Shown: positions 38,151 to 53,762, counted from the stretch's first letter. The stretch is 64,000 nucleotides of DNA from Octopus sinensis (GCF_006345805.1 NC_043017.1:23932001-23996000), one strand, 5' to 3'. Program-made: numbers and translations. The notes: generated by a model not told the origin, from the sequence alone.

Positions 38151-40769
38151 TTCAACTGTACAGATAAGGTTATTATTTTAAAACAAGTTCAATAAAAACT
38201 GAACATTTACTGAGCGTGTGAAGTCCAGTCTACTTGACCTTTACAATATGTATAAATACATTATTTGTATATAGAGACACCAGCTTTTCTTTTCAACATC
38301 TTATATTAAAATTACAACAGCACTTCTTTATGCAACTGTCCTCATCCATCTGCATCACAAACCAGGCCAAAACAGACTACAGAATCTGGTGCAGCCCCTG
38401 ACTTTACCAGTCCCTATCAAACCATCTGATCCATGCTAGCATGAAAAATGGACGTTAAATGATGATGACGACAACGATTTACCAATTTCACCATTCTTAT
38501 TAAACTTTTTTCATATTTCCATATAGGATCTGCTCTTTGTATGGCACCTTAAAGTTCCTAAGTTCACTTTTATCAATATTTCAAGACAATCTCAACCTCA
38601 TCATCAGGATAAGAAATTGTGTTGGTTTGTGTACAACTTCCTTTATATAGTATGCAACTTTATTTATGCAGACTTTGTTACCAGAATTTTGTTAGATTTC
38701 TACATCAACAGGCACATATTTTAGCCTTTACATGTCATCAATCACATTCTTGTGATGTGCCTATACTGTCTGAGAGTTTATTTTGGCTTTGTGTAGTGGA
38801 ATGAGTATTTCTTCCAATATTAATTGTCTATTTTTGAGGAGGATTCTATATAGTATGTGTTATCTGTTAATATTTTTCTATCTAGCTTTGTTTTATAGTA
38901 TGTGTGTGGTGAAGTGTGCTGCAACTGCTCCTTATAAATGCTTGGTGAGCCTAGATGAGTGTTGTGCTCATATGGTCAATAAAGCAGTTAGGATCATGAC
39001 GTTCAGAACTTTTACAGACAAAAACACAAATCACATTAATTTGTAGTATGTACTCGAGTTTACATACTTGTGGTGTGCTACTAATAAGAAGGTTTTGGAC
39101 TTCAGTATTTTCGTAATATTTGGGTAACACAATTTTTGTCCTTGGGTAGCAACTGTTATTTCCTATGTGCTTACCCTTAGAAAGTATGAAAAGTGGGCTA
39201 GTGTTTCCTCCAATCTTTGCTTTTATTGCATTTATTCAAACCCCAAAGAATCCTTTTCAGCACATGCCTATGATGCTCCCCCACTACTCCTGCTCATGAT
39301 CAGAAATGCACATATTGTCAGTCACTAAAGGACATGCTCAAGTGGTTAAGGTCAAGCAATTGACAAGCAAATTTCTGGTATTAAGCAGAATATTTGCTAT
39401 AACAACATTTCTGATTTAGCAACTCAACACTGAATCTAGACCAGTTTCAAAACTGGTCACAAAAGCAAATTTTGAAGAGAATAGTTGTCATTTCCTTAGA
39501 TTTCTAGATAGAAGTAAACAGGAAATTACACTTACTGCCCAAAGAAAAGAAAATTAAAATTTTGTTAGTGTTATTAGTGTCAGTTCTTTGTATTAGATGA
39601 TTGTGACATTCTCACATATATACACTATACACACACATTCTCGTACACACACTTCATCATTATCATCATTTGATATCTACTTCTATGCTGGCAAGGGTTA
39701 ATTGGTTCAACAAGATCTGATGAGCTCAGGCATTGCATTGAGTTTCAATGTCTGCTTTGCCATTGTTTCTACAGTTGAATGCTTTTCCTAATGACAACTA
39801 ATTTTCAAAGTGTACAGGGTGCTAATTTTCATGGCACTGGAACTAGTGAGGTCACCAAGAAACTTGAAAAACAAAATGAAAAAAAGTCCCCCTCAACTAC
39901 GTGGGGGTATAATAAAGAGGGAGGTAGCTTTACACTAGGTGTTTGAGAGGCCAAAGTATGATAGATGGACAGGAACTGGAGTCTTGCAACAGAGAAGACA
40001 CCTGGCTACTTCATATTATATAATGGTTGGAGTAACTAGCAAAATAGACAAAAATGGTAGTGACAAGGTTTTAGGGTATACCCTGAATATACAAGAAGTG
40101 AGTAGAAGAAAGAAAAGGGAAACAGGATTGAAAAGAATTGGTGAGTATGATTGGAAGAGTGTGAGATGAGAGAAGCAGATGGTTAGAGATGGGGGTAGAA
40201 GTGAATGTAGTGAAAGGTGAATAAGGGGGGAGGTGTGGCCAGTGGTGAATACGAGTTGGTGGGTAGAAGGTAAAAGAAATAGGAGTGACTTATAAAGGAG
40301 AAGGCAATAAGTAGCAGTACAAAATGGTTGGAAATAGGTATTATATTAAAACCATACAGAGATGAGAAATAGGGAGATGTATTGGATGGGTGGGTAAATG
40401 GGGAATGTGGAGAAAGAGATGCACAGTGACAGAGGTGGAGGTCAGAGGTACATAGGAATGGGTATAGTGAGTAGCAAAGGTGGTGGGGGAGGTTGATGAC
40501 AGATATGAGAGGATGTTAAGAATGATAGAAGATATGAGAGGGTGTTAAGGATGATATATGGCAACCATAAGATGTAAATCAGAGAAAAGGGAGAGAGAGA
40601 ACGGGGAAAGAGAGTGGAATACAACACAATTCTCTGACTTGTCAGATTTATCAAACTATCCAACCAATACCAGTATGGAAGCATGGAAGATGGACATTAA
40701 ATGATGACGATGATGATATTGTTGATATATAAATACGCACAAACAAACAAATGTAAAATATTTGTATGT

Positions 40770-41503
40770 GTGTATATATATATTCATATATATATATATA
40801 TATATATTCTATATATATATATATATATAGATACACATATACATATATATATACATATATACATATACACATATACATACACATATACATATACATATAA
40901 TACACATATACATATATATATCAATATATATATACTATACATATATATATTACATATATATACATTTATACATATATAACAATACATATACATATTAGAT
41001 ACATACGAATACATATACATACATATACATATATATACATATATATATACATATACTAGATAGTACACATAATACGATATATTACACATATACAATATTT
41101 ATACATATAAATATATATATAATATACATATATATAAAATAATATATATATAGAGTACCATATACATATATATATACATATACATATATATATACATATA
41201 TATAGATATATATATACATATAACATATATATACATATACGATACATATTACATATATACATATATATATACATATATACATATACATCTATATAATACA
41301 TATACATATATATATACATATACATATATATATATATACATATAATACATATACATATACATATATAATACATATATATATCTTACATCTATATACATAA
41401 TATATACATATATACATATACATATATATATACATATCATATATTATATAATACATATATACATCTATATATACATATATACATATACATATATATATAT
41501 ATA

Positions 41504-41536
<33 letters not shown>

Positions 41537-42353
41537 ACTATACATACATACATATACATATAACATGTACATTATAAAGTATACATACATACACATATAC
41601 ATACATACACATATATATACATACACACACATATACATATACATATATACATACATATACATACATATACATATATATATATATACATATATAACATATA
41701 TTATATACAACACTATATTATACACACATATATATATACACATATATTATACACACATATATACACACACATATATACACACATATATATATACACCATA
41801 TATATATACACATATATATATATACACATATATATATACACATATATATATATACACATATATATTATACACATATATATATAACACATATATATATATA
41901 CACATATATATATACACATATATATATACACATATATATATATACATATACATATATATATACATATACATATATATATACACACATATATATATACACA
42001 CATATACATACACACATATACATACACACATACACATATACACATACACATATACACATACACATATACACATACACATATACACATACACATATACACA
42101 TACACATATACACATACACATATACACATACATATATACACATACATATATACACATACATATATACATATACATATATACATATACATATATACATATA
42201 CATATATACATATACACATATATACATATACACATATATACATATATATACATATACATATATATACATATACATACATACACATACATACATACACATA
42301 CATACATACACATACATACATACACATACATACATACACATACATACATACAC

Positions 42354-42400
<47 letters not shown>

Positions 42401-42753
42401 TATATATACACATACATATATATACACATACATATACACATACATACACATACATACATACACATACATATACATACACATATATATACATACACATATA
42501 TATACATACACATATATATACATACACACATACACATACACACATACACATACACACATACACATACACACATACACATACACACATACACATATACACA
42601 TACACATATACACATACACATATACACATACACATATACACATATACACATACACATATACACATACACATATACACATACACATATACACATACACATA
42701 TACACATACACATATACACATACACATATACACATACACATATATACATACAC

Positions 42754-42796
<43 letters not shown>

Positions 42797-43222
42797 CATA
42801 CATACATACACATACATACATACACACATACATACACATACATACATACACATACATACATACACATACATACATACACATACATACATACACATACATA
42901 CATACATATACATACATACATATACATACATACATATACATACATACATATACATACATACATATACATATATACATATATATACACACATATATATACA
43001 CACATATATATACACACATATATATACACACATATATATACACACATATATATACACACATAATACACACATATATACACACATATATATATACATATAT
43101 ACACACATATATATATACATATATATATCTACATATATATATATACATATATATATATACATATATATATATACATATATATATACAATATATATAACAC
43201 ATATATATATACACATATATAT

Positions 43223-43294
<72 letters not shown>

Positions 43295-43420
43295 ATATAA
43301 TATATATATTAATATATATTATACATATACCAATAATATATATATATATATACACATATACATATATATAATATATATATATATATTATATATATATATA
43401 TATATCAACACACACACTCA
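40770..43420. repeat. Giant compound microsatellite (TA)n/(CATA)n/(CACATA)n, ~2.6 kb
   Basis: Directly visible alternating purine-pyrimidine sequence. Confidence 0.97.
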
Positions 43421-44060
43421 CATTTACACATGCATGCACAAGAACATATATTCATAGGCACAACACACATACACGTACATATGTGCGTGTTTGTGTGTAT
43501 CCATCTCTACATGTCTTCTGCACATGTACACAAGATTGTAACGATACAAGTCTCCTCCTTAAACTTACAACATTACACAATAAAACGGTTATCTGTTATC
43601 TTGGAAAACATTACTGAGTAAAATTGGAGAGGGATACTGTTTATTTTTTTTTTTTGCTCTCAATTTGTTAGCTTACTCTTTTTTTCATTTAGTTTCTGAA
43701 ACATCTGGCAGATAAATTTGAGGTACATAGAATCATATACACAAATACGTTTGGTTTAGCCAACACGAAAAGGAGATTTCTATACATAAAGCAGATTATA
43801 TATATTCTTATATGAATATATATCCTTGTTTATGTTGGCACATATAACAGTGTACATGTGTGTCAGAGATTTATTCTGTAAAATTATAACTGTTTATGAC
43901 TTAAAAGCATAGAAACAATATATTACATACCTGAATACAAACGTATATATAAGATACAAACATTCACAACACACATTTATATACATAAATATATGAACAA
44001 AAGCAATTACAAAGCATGCATATGTATATGTGTATGTATATATATAAATGTATACATATT

Positions 44061-44790
44061 TATTGGATCATCCCATAAATAATGCAGTGTTTTTCAATTG
44101 CATGAACTAAAAGTCAGATGGTGGCAGGATAAATTACCTGCATCAACTTGCTATAAAAGCAGGTAGTAAATTTACCTTGTCCTTATTCTTTGTGCAAGTT
44201 TTGAAGAGTGCAGTTCGATTTTAACAGTTATTTTTTCAAAGCTATAATGGAAGTGACAAAAGAGAATATTCGGCATATTTTGCTTAATGAGTTCAATAAA
44301 AGCAACAATGCAATAGAAAGTGCAAGGAATATTAATGCAGTATATGCCGATTGATCAGTAAGCATAAACCAGTGTCAACGGTGGTACCAGAAATTCTGAG
44401 CCGGAAACTACAGCCTACAAGATGAACCTCGTCCTGGAAGATCTGTAGAGCTCGATGAGGACATACTACAAACCTTAGTGCAACAAAATCCCATCCTAAC
44501 TATTGAGGGATTAGCAGAGAAGCTTGGATTTGGTCATTTAACCTTTCATTGACACCTGCATGCCATTCAAAAAGTCAAAAATTGAGTCAATAGGTTCTTC
44601 TCAAACTTTCCAAGTCTAATTGCATGCAGAGAGTGAATGTGTGCTCTTCTTTGCTGTCATGTCTCATAAATGAACTTTTGGGGGACCAAATAGTGACTGG
44701 TGATGAGAAATGGGTTCTCTATAAAAATGGCAAGCACTGAAGACAGTGGGTAGGGAAAGGACAAACACTGGCACCCAAGGCCAAAAAAAT
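44061..44790 (+). mobile_element. Mariner (Mos1/Hsmar-like) 5' half, decayed
   Basis: TA|TTGGATCATCCC left end and ATG at 44247. Motifs MEVTKENIRHILLNEF, QRWYQKF, DEPRPGRS and IVTGDEKWVLYKN. Truncated at a CA repeat. Confidence 0.85.
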
Positions 44791-44874
44791 ACACATACAC
44801 ACATACACACACACACACACATAAAGGTTTGGACAAATGAAAGAAAAGGGCACTCAGCACATTTAGAAGGAAGT

Positions 44875-45124
44875 CATATGTATTATTTAAAGCAGTTTTA
44901 TCCAGTTCCATGCAACTTCAAGTTTTGCAGGCCTCCCTTTCATGGTATAGATTTGGTAATCTATAGCCTGAAAGAAACAGGGTTCCTAACAATGGTATAT
45001 TTGATTAGTGAGATATCTTGTAAGATGGTAATCTACAGCCTGAAAGAAATGGTGCTTCTGTTAATGTCATGAGAAACTTTAAGTTGCATAGAACTCAACC
45101 AAACTGTTTTAAATAATATGTATG
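44875..45124. mobile_element. MITE-like element with ~50-bp imperfect TIRs
   Basis: TATTATTTAAAGCAGTTT...ATGCAACTTCAAGTTT is inverted as AAACTTTAAGTTGCAT...AAACTGTTTTAAATAATA. Internal GGTAATCTAYAGCCTGAAAGAAA occurs twice. Confidence 0.65.
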
Positions 45125-45999
45125 TATGGACGGATGGATAGACAGACAGATAGATAGATATGTTACTCAAAGTATACATTATTATAAAGCCATTTCAGCC
45201 AATCTTACCATTCAATTTTGCACTAAGTATGAAATAACTGGATCAGTGACTTAAGATCAACTGAATTGGATGGATCTATAATAGTGTATATTCCAATTAA
45301 GAAAAATTAAGGAAGATAACATAAGGCACAAAGCTGAATTTACAAAAGATAGCTAATAGAATTTTGTCTAATATCTGGTATTTGCTCAATTCACCATGTT
45401 AGACGATGTCTCCATCAAGATTTTACTTTAGAACAGTGAGATATTAAAACTAAATACAGAAAAGAAATCTAATCCAAATACTCTCTAAGTCTTTACTGCA
45501 TACTTAATAGATTAAGAATTTGGTTAAGCTTAAATCCTATGGATATGCAAGGGTCGGTTCAGAATTCACAAATTTTGTTAACAGATCTAGCTGAATCGAC
45601 ACTAAAGCTTTAGGATAATATCAAATATGTTTATATTAACCAATAATGTTATATTGAACCAATAAGTTTGTATTGTTTATTAGGAATTTTATTTCAGAAT
45701 TATGCTGCATGATCACCTGACTTCATGTTTCTAAAATTTTTGCCAAACTACTGAAGGAATGTAGAAATAAAATAACCATATTTAATCCTACGTGCTCAGC
45801 TTCTGCCATTTTGCTTTTTATTTGGCACTCCAATTCTTTCATGGCAGTGGCTCAAATATGATATAATCATTCATAGACCTCACCTACATACACACACCCA
45901 TACACACACACATATAGTAAACAACAACAAACACACTTTCACATAGCTCATGTTAACTACTCTGAATTGAATATCAAACTTGTTTTTCAACCTTGGAAA

Positions 46000-47250
46000 T
46001 ATGCTTAGAAAAACCTCTCAAATAAATACACAATATTAAATTCAATGCAAGACTGATAAAAGACAAATACACTTCCTGTTTGGAAATGATATAACCAGGA
46101 AGCAAGATGAACAGAAACTACAGAAGCTGAGACGGCAATCATGATACTAACACTGAAAGAGATGAAAGATTCTCATTTCTATACTTTAAAACATTCTGAA
46201 CCAAAGTGGTCCAACATGAAAAAACTATATGAAACAGGAAAGCTGTATTAGACAATGTAGTTTTAGGTTTCCCTTTCAAAGGATGGCGAGGTGATAACTG
46301 GAATTAAAGGTATAGTCAATTAGAGCTGAAGTCAGTTAGAGAGGATGCAGTGTTAAACAACAATAACACAAAATATCAGAAAACAAATAGAATGTAATTG
46401 GAAAAGTAGTTTAGGGACCAGAAATTTGAAATCTTCAGCAAAGGAGTGTGTAGTTTGAAACAGGTATTTACAGATATATGAGAAAAGTGAAAAAAAAGTA
46501 AAAACAGCACTGCCTAATCAGAGATGAACCGTTAATCAAAGAATGTGAATCAGCTTGCCAAAGAATCTAAATCAGAACAAAAAGAACAACAGAACAAAAA
46601 GAAAATGCATTTGTAAAAGAACTATAAGACTACCAAGATTATATGTTAGTGAACAGAGTGATAAAAAGTCCAGTAGATGTCTGAATTATAAGAGAGCAAC
46701 TACAAACATGGCAAATAAAATGAACGAATAATAAATAAACAACACTGAAGAAATGCTTTTAAAACTCCAACAGAAACTCTCAGAACATCAAGACCAGATT
46801 AGTTGAAGAAATATGACAGGAACTTAATTGGTAAGTGAAGAGTAGGAAGACACTTATTCTGCTCAAATAATAATAATCAACAGCACTCACTCTTCTCATA
46901 TCAAAAGTACTTCAGCTAATCAGGCTTAGAATTATTGTCCAATAACCTCATAAGTTATACTAAACTTATACTAGATATTATATACCTTATTTTTATGTTA
47001 CCACAGTAGCATTAATAACATTAAAATATGTAGAATATGTAGACAAGCTGCAGAAAAATTGACATATAGTGCTGTACAGAACACCTATTCTTAGCAGAAT
47101 GATACAGGAATTAAGAGTGATGAATCATGGTATTTGATGTAGTGTGGTTAGACTACCAGAAGACATTTCAGTGTACCACACAACAGAAATATCAAACCAG
47201 TATGGTTAGTCATGGAACTAGTAGTAACTAACTGAGCACCCAGACAAGTT
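46000..47250 (+). pseudogene. Possible very old LINE ORF relic
   Basis: A-rich strand bias and an NYCPIT (NYRPIT-like) translation near 46930. Weak support. Confidence 0.3.
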
Positions 47251-47377
47251 ATGATTTATTGCTTTTGTCATCTCGCTAAACCCAAAGTTACACTTTCTAA
47301 TGAAACGAAAAAAATCTATGGGATTAAGTCATACAAATCTCAGAATGTTTCTTACTTTTTTTTCATAAATTACAATA

Positions 47378-48041
47378 GGTCGAATTCTGATTTAAGCGCT
47401 CCATATAACCCTTCATAATTTTTTTTAATTTTTGGGGTTTTCAGAAAATTTTTGTGAACTGATGTTCTACACACAGGAATTCACACGATAATGAAACAAG
47501 ATATTTTTCTTAATTTTTTAAATCCTTCCCTGCTCTCATAAATCCTGAAAGTTTCACTTTTTTTCAAAACCATTTTTTAAAAATTAGAGTTTAAAATATG
47601 GACAGTATGAATTTTTTTCTCCCTTGGGTGCATCATCATGCCATTAAATGTGTTTATGGGGCAAAAAATATTGAAAAACATCAATACATGTTAGAGTGGA
47701 AAAGATATGAGGAAAGTATCAGGTGGTTATGAGATGTGCTAAAAATAACAACTAAATTGCTCTTAAATCACACACACAAAAAATAATTTATATAATCGTA
47801 TGAATTCCTGTGTGCAGGAACTCATACGATTATATGAATTCTAACTGAACAATTATTCTGTGCTGATGAAAGGAAATAACCCAGAAATTACTTACAGTAT
47901 TTTTCGTGTTTGGCAGGGGATAACTTTCTTAAAAGTAGTCACACCTTCTTGTCAAACACAAACATGCAAAAATTTTCTGAAAATTCCAAAAAGTGAAAAA
48001 GTTATGAGTGGTTATATGGGTGCTTAAAGCAGAATTCCACC
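47378..48041. mobile_element. MITE with ~85-bp imperfect TIRs
   Basis: GGTCGAATTCTGATTTAAGCGCTCCATATAACC is inverted as GGTTATATGGGTGCTTAAAGCAGAATTCCACC. No clear TSD. Confidence 0.72.
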
Positions 48042-50789
48042 CAACCATATAGCCTGTGTACCAAATACAAATAATCAGCTAAATTTTTATCACCCAATAT
48101 TACAGTGACATTGTGTTGAAATTCAGTAAGTTTCCATGTCTATTCATATTTATGAGAAGATAATATCTTGTCGATAAAATTTAGAAATTAATTAGCTTGA
48201 CAACTCTACAAAAAGTAACCAGATGGGTGAATTGATATGAAGGTAGCTCGATATTACAAGTAATTTCAGTGGAGATATAAATCAGCTATGTTTCATTTAT
48301 AAAAAGAGATGTAAGGTTTTTTTAAATTTGTGTTGGCAGCAAGTGAAGCTTGAACTCAGAATTACTGACATCAGCAATTAGGAAAATGAAAAAAGCCAAG
48401 TATTTACCCTGTTTAAGTTTACATCTATGAAATATACAATAACAGCTAGAAATTAACATAAACTTCTACCAAAAGAAAACACTGATGTTCCACTGGTATT
48501 CTTTCATATTAGGAATGAGCTTGCCTCCTTTTTTTGCCTCAGCTCAATCTGGTGAAGCAAACCTATGATCAAAGGTGTTCCAGCTGAGGCAGGGGTGTCA
48601 TTCTATCTTTTTATCCGATATGTATTCCCATTTTGAAGTTACATGATTTGAGGGAGGTAGGGCTATAATTTCTAGCAGATTGAGCATCCTTGCAGAATCT
48701 CCCTTGTTGGCTCATAAATACCCTATGCATAAAAATAAGCAATTTGTATAAGAATATTAAGAAATAGACTATGTACAAGTTGAATAAAGCAAAGACTGAA
48801 GGAGTTAACCTCTTAACAGTATTATGCAAGAAAAAATCTCCCACAAATCACCACTAGAAGGTATCTCACTGGTCAAATATATCATCTTTTTCTCCATCAA
48901 CTATTTTTTTACACTGTTTAGTGGGATCAAATTCAGAACCAGGTGGTTGTCAAAGAACTTTTTAACCATATGGCTATTCTTAGGTAGAAAAAGAAAAGAC
49001 ACAACTAATAAAAATAAATAGATATACATACACACATGCATTACCCTAGCCAATGAGAAGCCTCAATATGGCCACTTGACTTGTTGGAGCAAGTCTATAT
49101 ACATAAAAAATTATGAAGGTTAGAAGTGTTCCTTGGAGACTATTTGCAAAGGGTTATTAAAGGTACACTCATATAATACTTCATGCACAAAAATGAGAAA
49201 AAATGTAGATATTATACTCAGGTGGGACAAGCATCCACTAAATGGAGTAAATGTTGAAGTAATATGAAAATGTAATAATGCTATTGTATTTCAAGAGGTT
49301 TCATAATGTCAAAGGACAGATAAACATGAGTGGCAAAACATAAGCAAGAGAGTTATGAATTGCATTCACTCTCAGAAGAATAATAATATTTGTATTATGT
49401 ACTGATCATAACATCAACAGGATGTAACATAAATAGCAGTTTCAACATAGTTCTCAGGAACAGAGGATAAAAATATATACTGTTATGGAAGTTAGACCTA
49501 AAAACATCTGTTATAAAGACTTTGTGAACCAATTTTTCTAAAAAAAATTATGCATTAATAAAAATAACCATCTGGGTGACTGAAGAAATTTTCATGTTGA
49601 AGTAAAAATGTTGCTGCACTCAAAGATTACTATGAAGACAGATCTGTTGAAGAATTGTTGGATCCATTCATTTTACTTTGATTTTGCAGTCAAAAGTGAA
49701 TGTAACTTAAATTGTTGCAGGGACACTTAATGCCAGAGACTGAGAAAAGTTCATTACTCTATATTTGTGTAAAGTGATGCACTTCTGCAAATCTTCAATT
49801 CAGTTAACATTTTCCAGCAACCAAAGGATAGAGTTATTCACAGTAATTTCAAACAATTTGAACCAGCATGATTCTCTGACTTGAGGCATTGTTGACAACT
49901 GGCTTTGGAGTGATTTACAGTTAAATATTTATCTCTTTACAAGACTGAAAAGCTTGCAGGAATTCAGACCATGCAGTGAAACTGAATTTACCAAGTTTTT
50001 ATCTGGTATGACATCATGTGTTTCAGAAAAAACTAATACCTTCTCCACACATTGTACCACTTAAACAAGGCGATAGACATTTTCCCTCCTTATTTTAAGT
50101 GATACAATATTCCACCCTTATCTTTATATTAATGTGATTGTCGCATACGTGCACATGTGTGTGTGTGTGTGTATGTATTCATGCACTTGTTCATTTCATG
50201 CCATTATGTAGATTTGCAAATACTCCTGAGTACGCCACTCCCTTGAGAAAATATCTTAAGATAATGCATTCTCCTGTCAAAAAACCTCTAGTTGCTTTAG
50301 TCTTATTCCAATACAAATTAAAATAAAGAGTTTAAGAAATGGAACATGATGTAATAAATCACAAACATACAAATTAAATAAAAATCATGTCCTTGGCAAC
50401 TGAAAATACATGAGACTGCTTGTAATGACAGACTTTTACTACCTTGCTCCCTCTCTGCAAGGAACATGTAATTTTTCTGAAATGCTCCTGATAATAATAA
50501 TTTTCTCTAACTTTCTGAGATGATATCATTTTTAAAGTTACTTTACTTATATTACTTCATTGATTTCAATATTGTCCTGTGTAGCACTTCTAGATTTCTG
50601 CATTTCTAAAGATTTCATGAAATTCTATTGAGAAAGCCTACAATCACCTCAAGTATATTGATTCTTCTGCAAGAAAGGGAAAAACTTCATAATCTGTAAA
50701 TAAACATCTCTTGCATGTGTTTGCCTTTTAACTATCATTCTTATAAATATAGTGTGTATGTATGTAAAAGAGGAAGGCGAGCAAGTGCA

Positions 50790-50942
50790 CTGCCAGACTT
50801 TGGTGGCCCGAGGGTGCTTCAGAATATTCTGGGTGGACACTAATTTGTAATAAAGCTGAAGTGGATCACTGTAAATCTGAAGGTGCACCACTGAACAGTG
50901 AGGGTCAGTGCCATTCAGTGCACCCCCTTAGTGACAGGCATG
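50790..50942. repeat. Dispersed repeat, inverted homolog of 31500-31648
   Basis: Shared GTGCTTCAGAATATTCTGGGT and GTAAATCTGA.GGTGCACCA. Confidence 0.7.
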
Positions 50943-51639
50943 AGAGAGATTAATTTTGATTACAGTCCCACTGCCCTTATAAGATGATATATAGTTTCCA
51001 ATGAATTTCATTCAAGTTCAGTTAACCAGTAACCTTTTAAATAAATTTTAAAAGTCACCAAAACAAAACTAAAAGTATTATAATAAAAAATATTGACACC
51101 ACCAATACTACAAGCAACCAGTTGTAGGGAAGTAATTTCTGACAACAATACCATGCTGGAAATTGAAACTGAAATGGTTAATCAATTAAATCGCCTCTAA
51201 AGTATGACTGATGCTTAAAGGCAAGTCAACCCCAGTCAGATTTGAACTCAGAAACAAAAGAACAAAACTAAATACTTTTAATCTAATAGCAAAAAGTTCT
51301 TAACGTTGGACTGTGATAAGAGGGGAGAAAGGAACAGGTGTAAGATCAAGTTCAGATTTTTTTTTGTATTTGATTTTTTTTCCTCCCCTTATCTGTGAAC
51401 CAGTTTTCAAGAAAAGTAAAGGTAAAGGTGTAGATCGATGGTGCTGGCGGTGAAGATGTTGATGGTAAAGGCAGTTGTTATAGGCGAGTATATGGAGAAT
51501 AATGATGCTGATAGTGATGATGATGTTAATCTACTGATGGCCTTCTGATCTATATTCCACCAGCCGAAAACTTCCATATGAGAGCATTGATAGAAAAGTC
51601 AGTTCTTATCTTGAACTGCTGTTAACATAAGTTGTACAA

Positions 51640-52244
51640 GATGTGTATGTGTGTGTGTATATGTACATGTGTGTGTGTATATACATGTGTGTGTATACAT
51701 ACATGCATGTGTGTGTGTGTGTGTGAGTGTGTGTGTGTATACGTACATGTGTGTGTGTATATATACATGTGTGTATATGTACATGCGTGTGTGTGTATAC
51801 ATACATGCGTGTGTGTGTATACATGCGTGTGTGTGTGTGTGTGTATACGTACATGTGTGTGTGTATATACATGTGTGTATACGTACATGCGTGTGTGTGT
51901 ATACGTACATGCGTGTGTGTGTGTGTGTGTGTGTGTTGTGTGTGTGTGTGTGTGCGTGCGTGCGTGCATGACATGAGGATATACGTTTGCTGTAGCTGAT
52001 GGACTTACTGCCTGAATTTACCTGTTTTATCTGACATTTAGCATTATCCACTCTACAACTATAGTTTATTTTGTTTTGTTCCTTTTTGTTTGTGGTGACA
52101 AAGGAAGAAACCAACAATATCTTTTTTCTTTCTCTCCATCTCTCTCTCACACACACACACACACATGTATATCAATGAATTATCAGCTTTGTGTTTATCT
52201 ATGCATAAAAGTATAGGCACACCTTATACACGTGTGTGTGTGTG

Positions 52245-52316
<72 letters not shown>

Positions 52317-52525
52317 TAGTTATAAGTAGTAGTAAATTTATATACAGGAAAATTGAGAAAATTGATGAGAAAGAGTGTAACAACTATCCAGAAAGATATG
52401 TAAGCTTACATTTACACACACACACACACATATATATACACACACATACACACATATATATATACACACACACATATATATACACATACACATACACACA
52501 GAATATATATATATATATATATATA
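51640..52525. repeat. Cluster of compound (GT)/(AT)/(CA) microsatellites
   Basis: Directly visible at 51640-51970, 52230-52312 and 52414-52525. Confidence 0.92.
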
Positions 52526-53004
52526 ATTTTTTATATCCTTGACATCTTGTTGCCAGATGTTGTAATGTAATTGTTGCCCAATTCTTAGGCAGTATTGTTC
52601 ATTTCACATGGCACTCTTTGTTTTTTGTTGTACTAAGCACTCTTGTTTATCGTTCAAACAGACTTTAGTGCAATTTTGTAACCCCAAGAAGACATCTCCT
52701 CTAGCTGGTTAACACTGCACAGCTGCATCTGATATATTTTGAGCAGGGGAATCAAACCTCTACCACATTTTAGCAACAAGACCAACACACAGTAATTCAA
52801 CCAACCACCATTATGGCAACTTACAGGTTTGGTGTGAGTTCAGTTCACACTAATATACTGAGTTCAGTGCAAGTTCAGTTTCCTCATTATACATATATAG
52901 GAGTCCCAATGTTTTCTTCACAACTATGTATATATTACAGAGATGTACCTGCATAGCAAGTGATTTGATCAGAGATCGTGTGCTGAAAGGAAAACAATTG
53001 CAGC

Positions 53005-53230
53005 GTGGAAGGTGTTTGTAAGCCATTTAAGAAACACAAAAGCCATTTGATTCACTTCAACATTTAAGTTTAATTTGTCAAAATATTTTGGTCGCTTTAA
53101 GACCTTGACCTGTTCTCTGACAAAAATCTGTGCTGCAGCGAAGAAAATATTTTGACAAATTAAACTTAAATGTTGAAGTGAATCGAACGACTTTTGTGTG
53201 TTTCTTAAATGGCTTACAAACACCTTCCAC
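53005..53230. repeat. Fold-back inverted repeat with ~85-bp arms
   Basis: GTGGAAGGTGTTTGTAAGCCATTTAAGAAACAC...TTTGTCAAAATATTTT is followed by its reverse complement, ending CACCTTCCAC. Confidence 0.88.
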
Positions 53231-53583
53231 TATGTATATTTTATTTTCTAAGTGTCATTTGCATTCCTTTTTGACCATTTTCTGACAAGATGAGCATAAA
53301 TCACATGTAATGTGTTATAAAAGTACATACTCATTATTAATATTCATGCTAACTTCACTTGAGCACATGGCAACATGGGCAAGAATGAAATTTGAGCTTA
53401 AGAAAACCAAAAGTTATGGTCATCAAGAAAGGCAAATTAATAATCAGGATTGAGCAGCAAATACAAGGGGAAGCTACTCCACTGACAGAAGAAAATCTCA
53501 TCAGAACAACTCCCCTAACGTGCTTTATCTCAATCACTTATTATTAATGTTGTAGTTATTTTAGTTTTTGGCTTTATCTAGAA

Positions 53584-53762
53584 CAGTGGTTCCCAACCTT
53601 TTCACAGTGGTTCCCAACACTCTATTATTTAAATGAGCTTTCCCACAGACCCCTTTTAATATGCTTATCCTTATGTATGAAATTTTGAATTTAGTTCACG
53701 AACCCCTAGTACTACCTTTGTAGACCACCAGGGTTCCGTGAACCCCAAGTTGGGAACCACTG
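53584..53762. mobile_element. hAT (Charlie/Buster-type) MITE, 179 bp
   Basis: TIR CAGTGGTTCCCAAC / GTTGGGAACCACTG. Exact 8-bp TSD ATCTAGAA (53576-53583 and 53763-53770) matches the NTCTAGAN preference. Confidence 0.92.

Noticed and set aside
41565-43457. 630-aa and other long ORFs rich in Y/I/H/T or V/C/M
   Set aside because: They are translations of a stop-poor microsatellite.
43920-43945. Recursive splice site (TTCAG|GTATGT, minus strand)
   Set aside because: The polypyrimidine tract is weak and it cannot be tested without nascent RNA data.
51599-52570. Overlapping His/Thr and Cys/Val ORFs
   Set aside because: Microsatellite artefacts.
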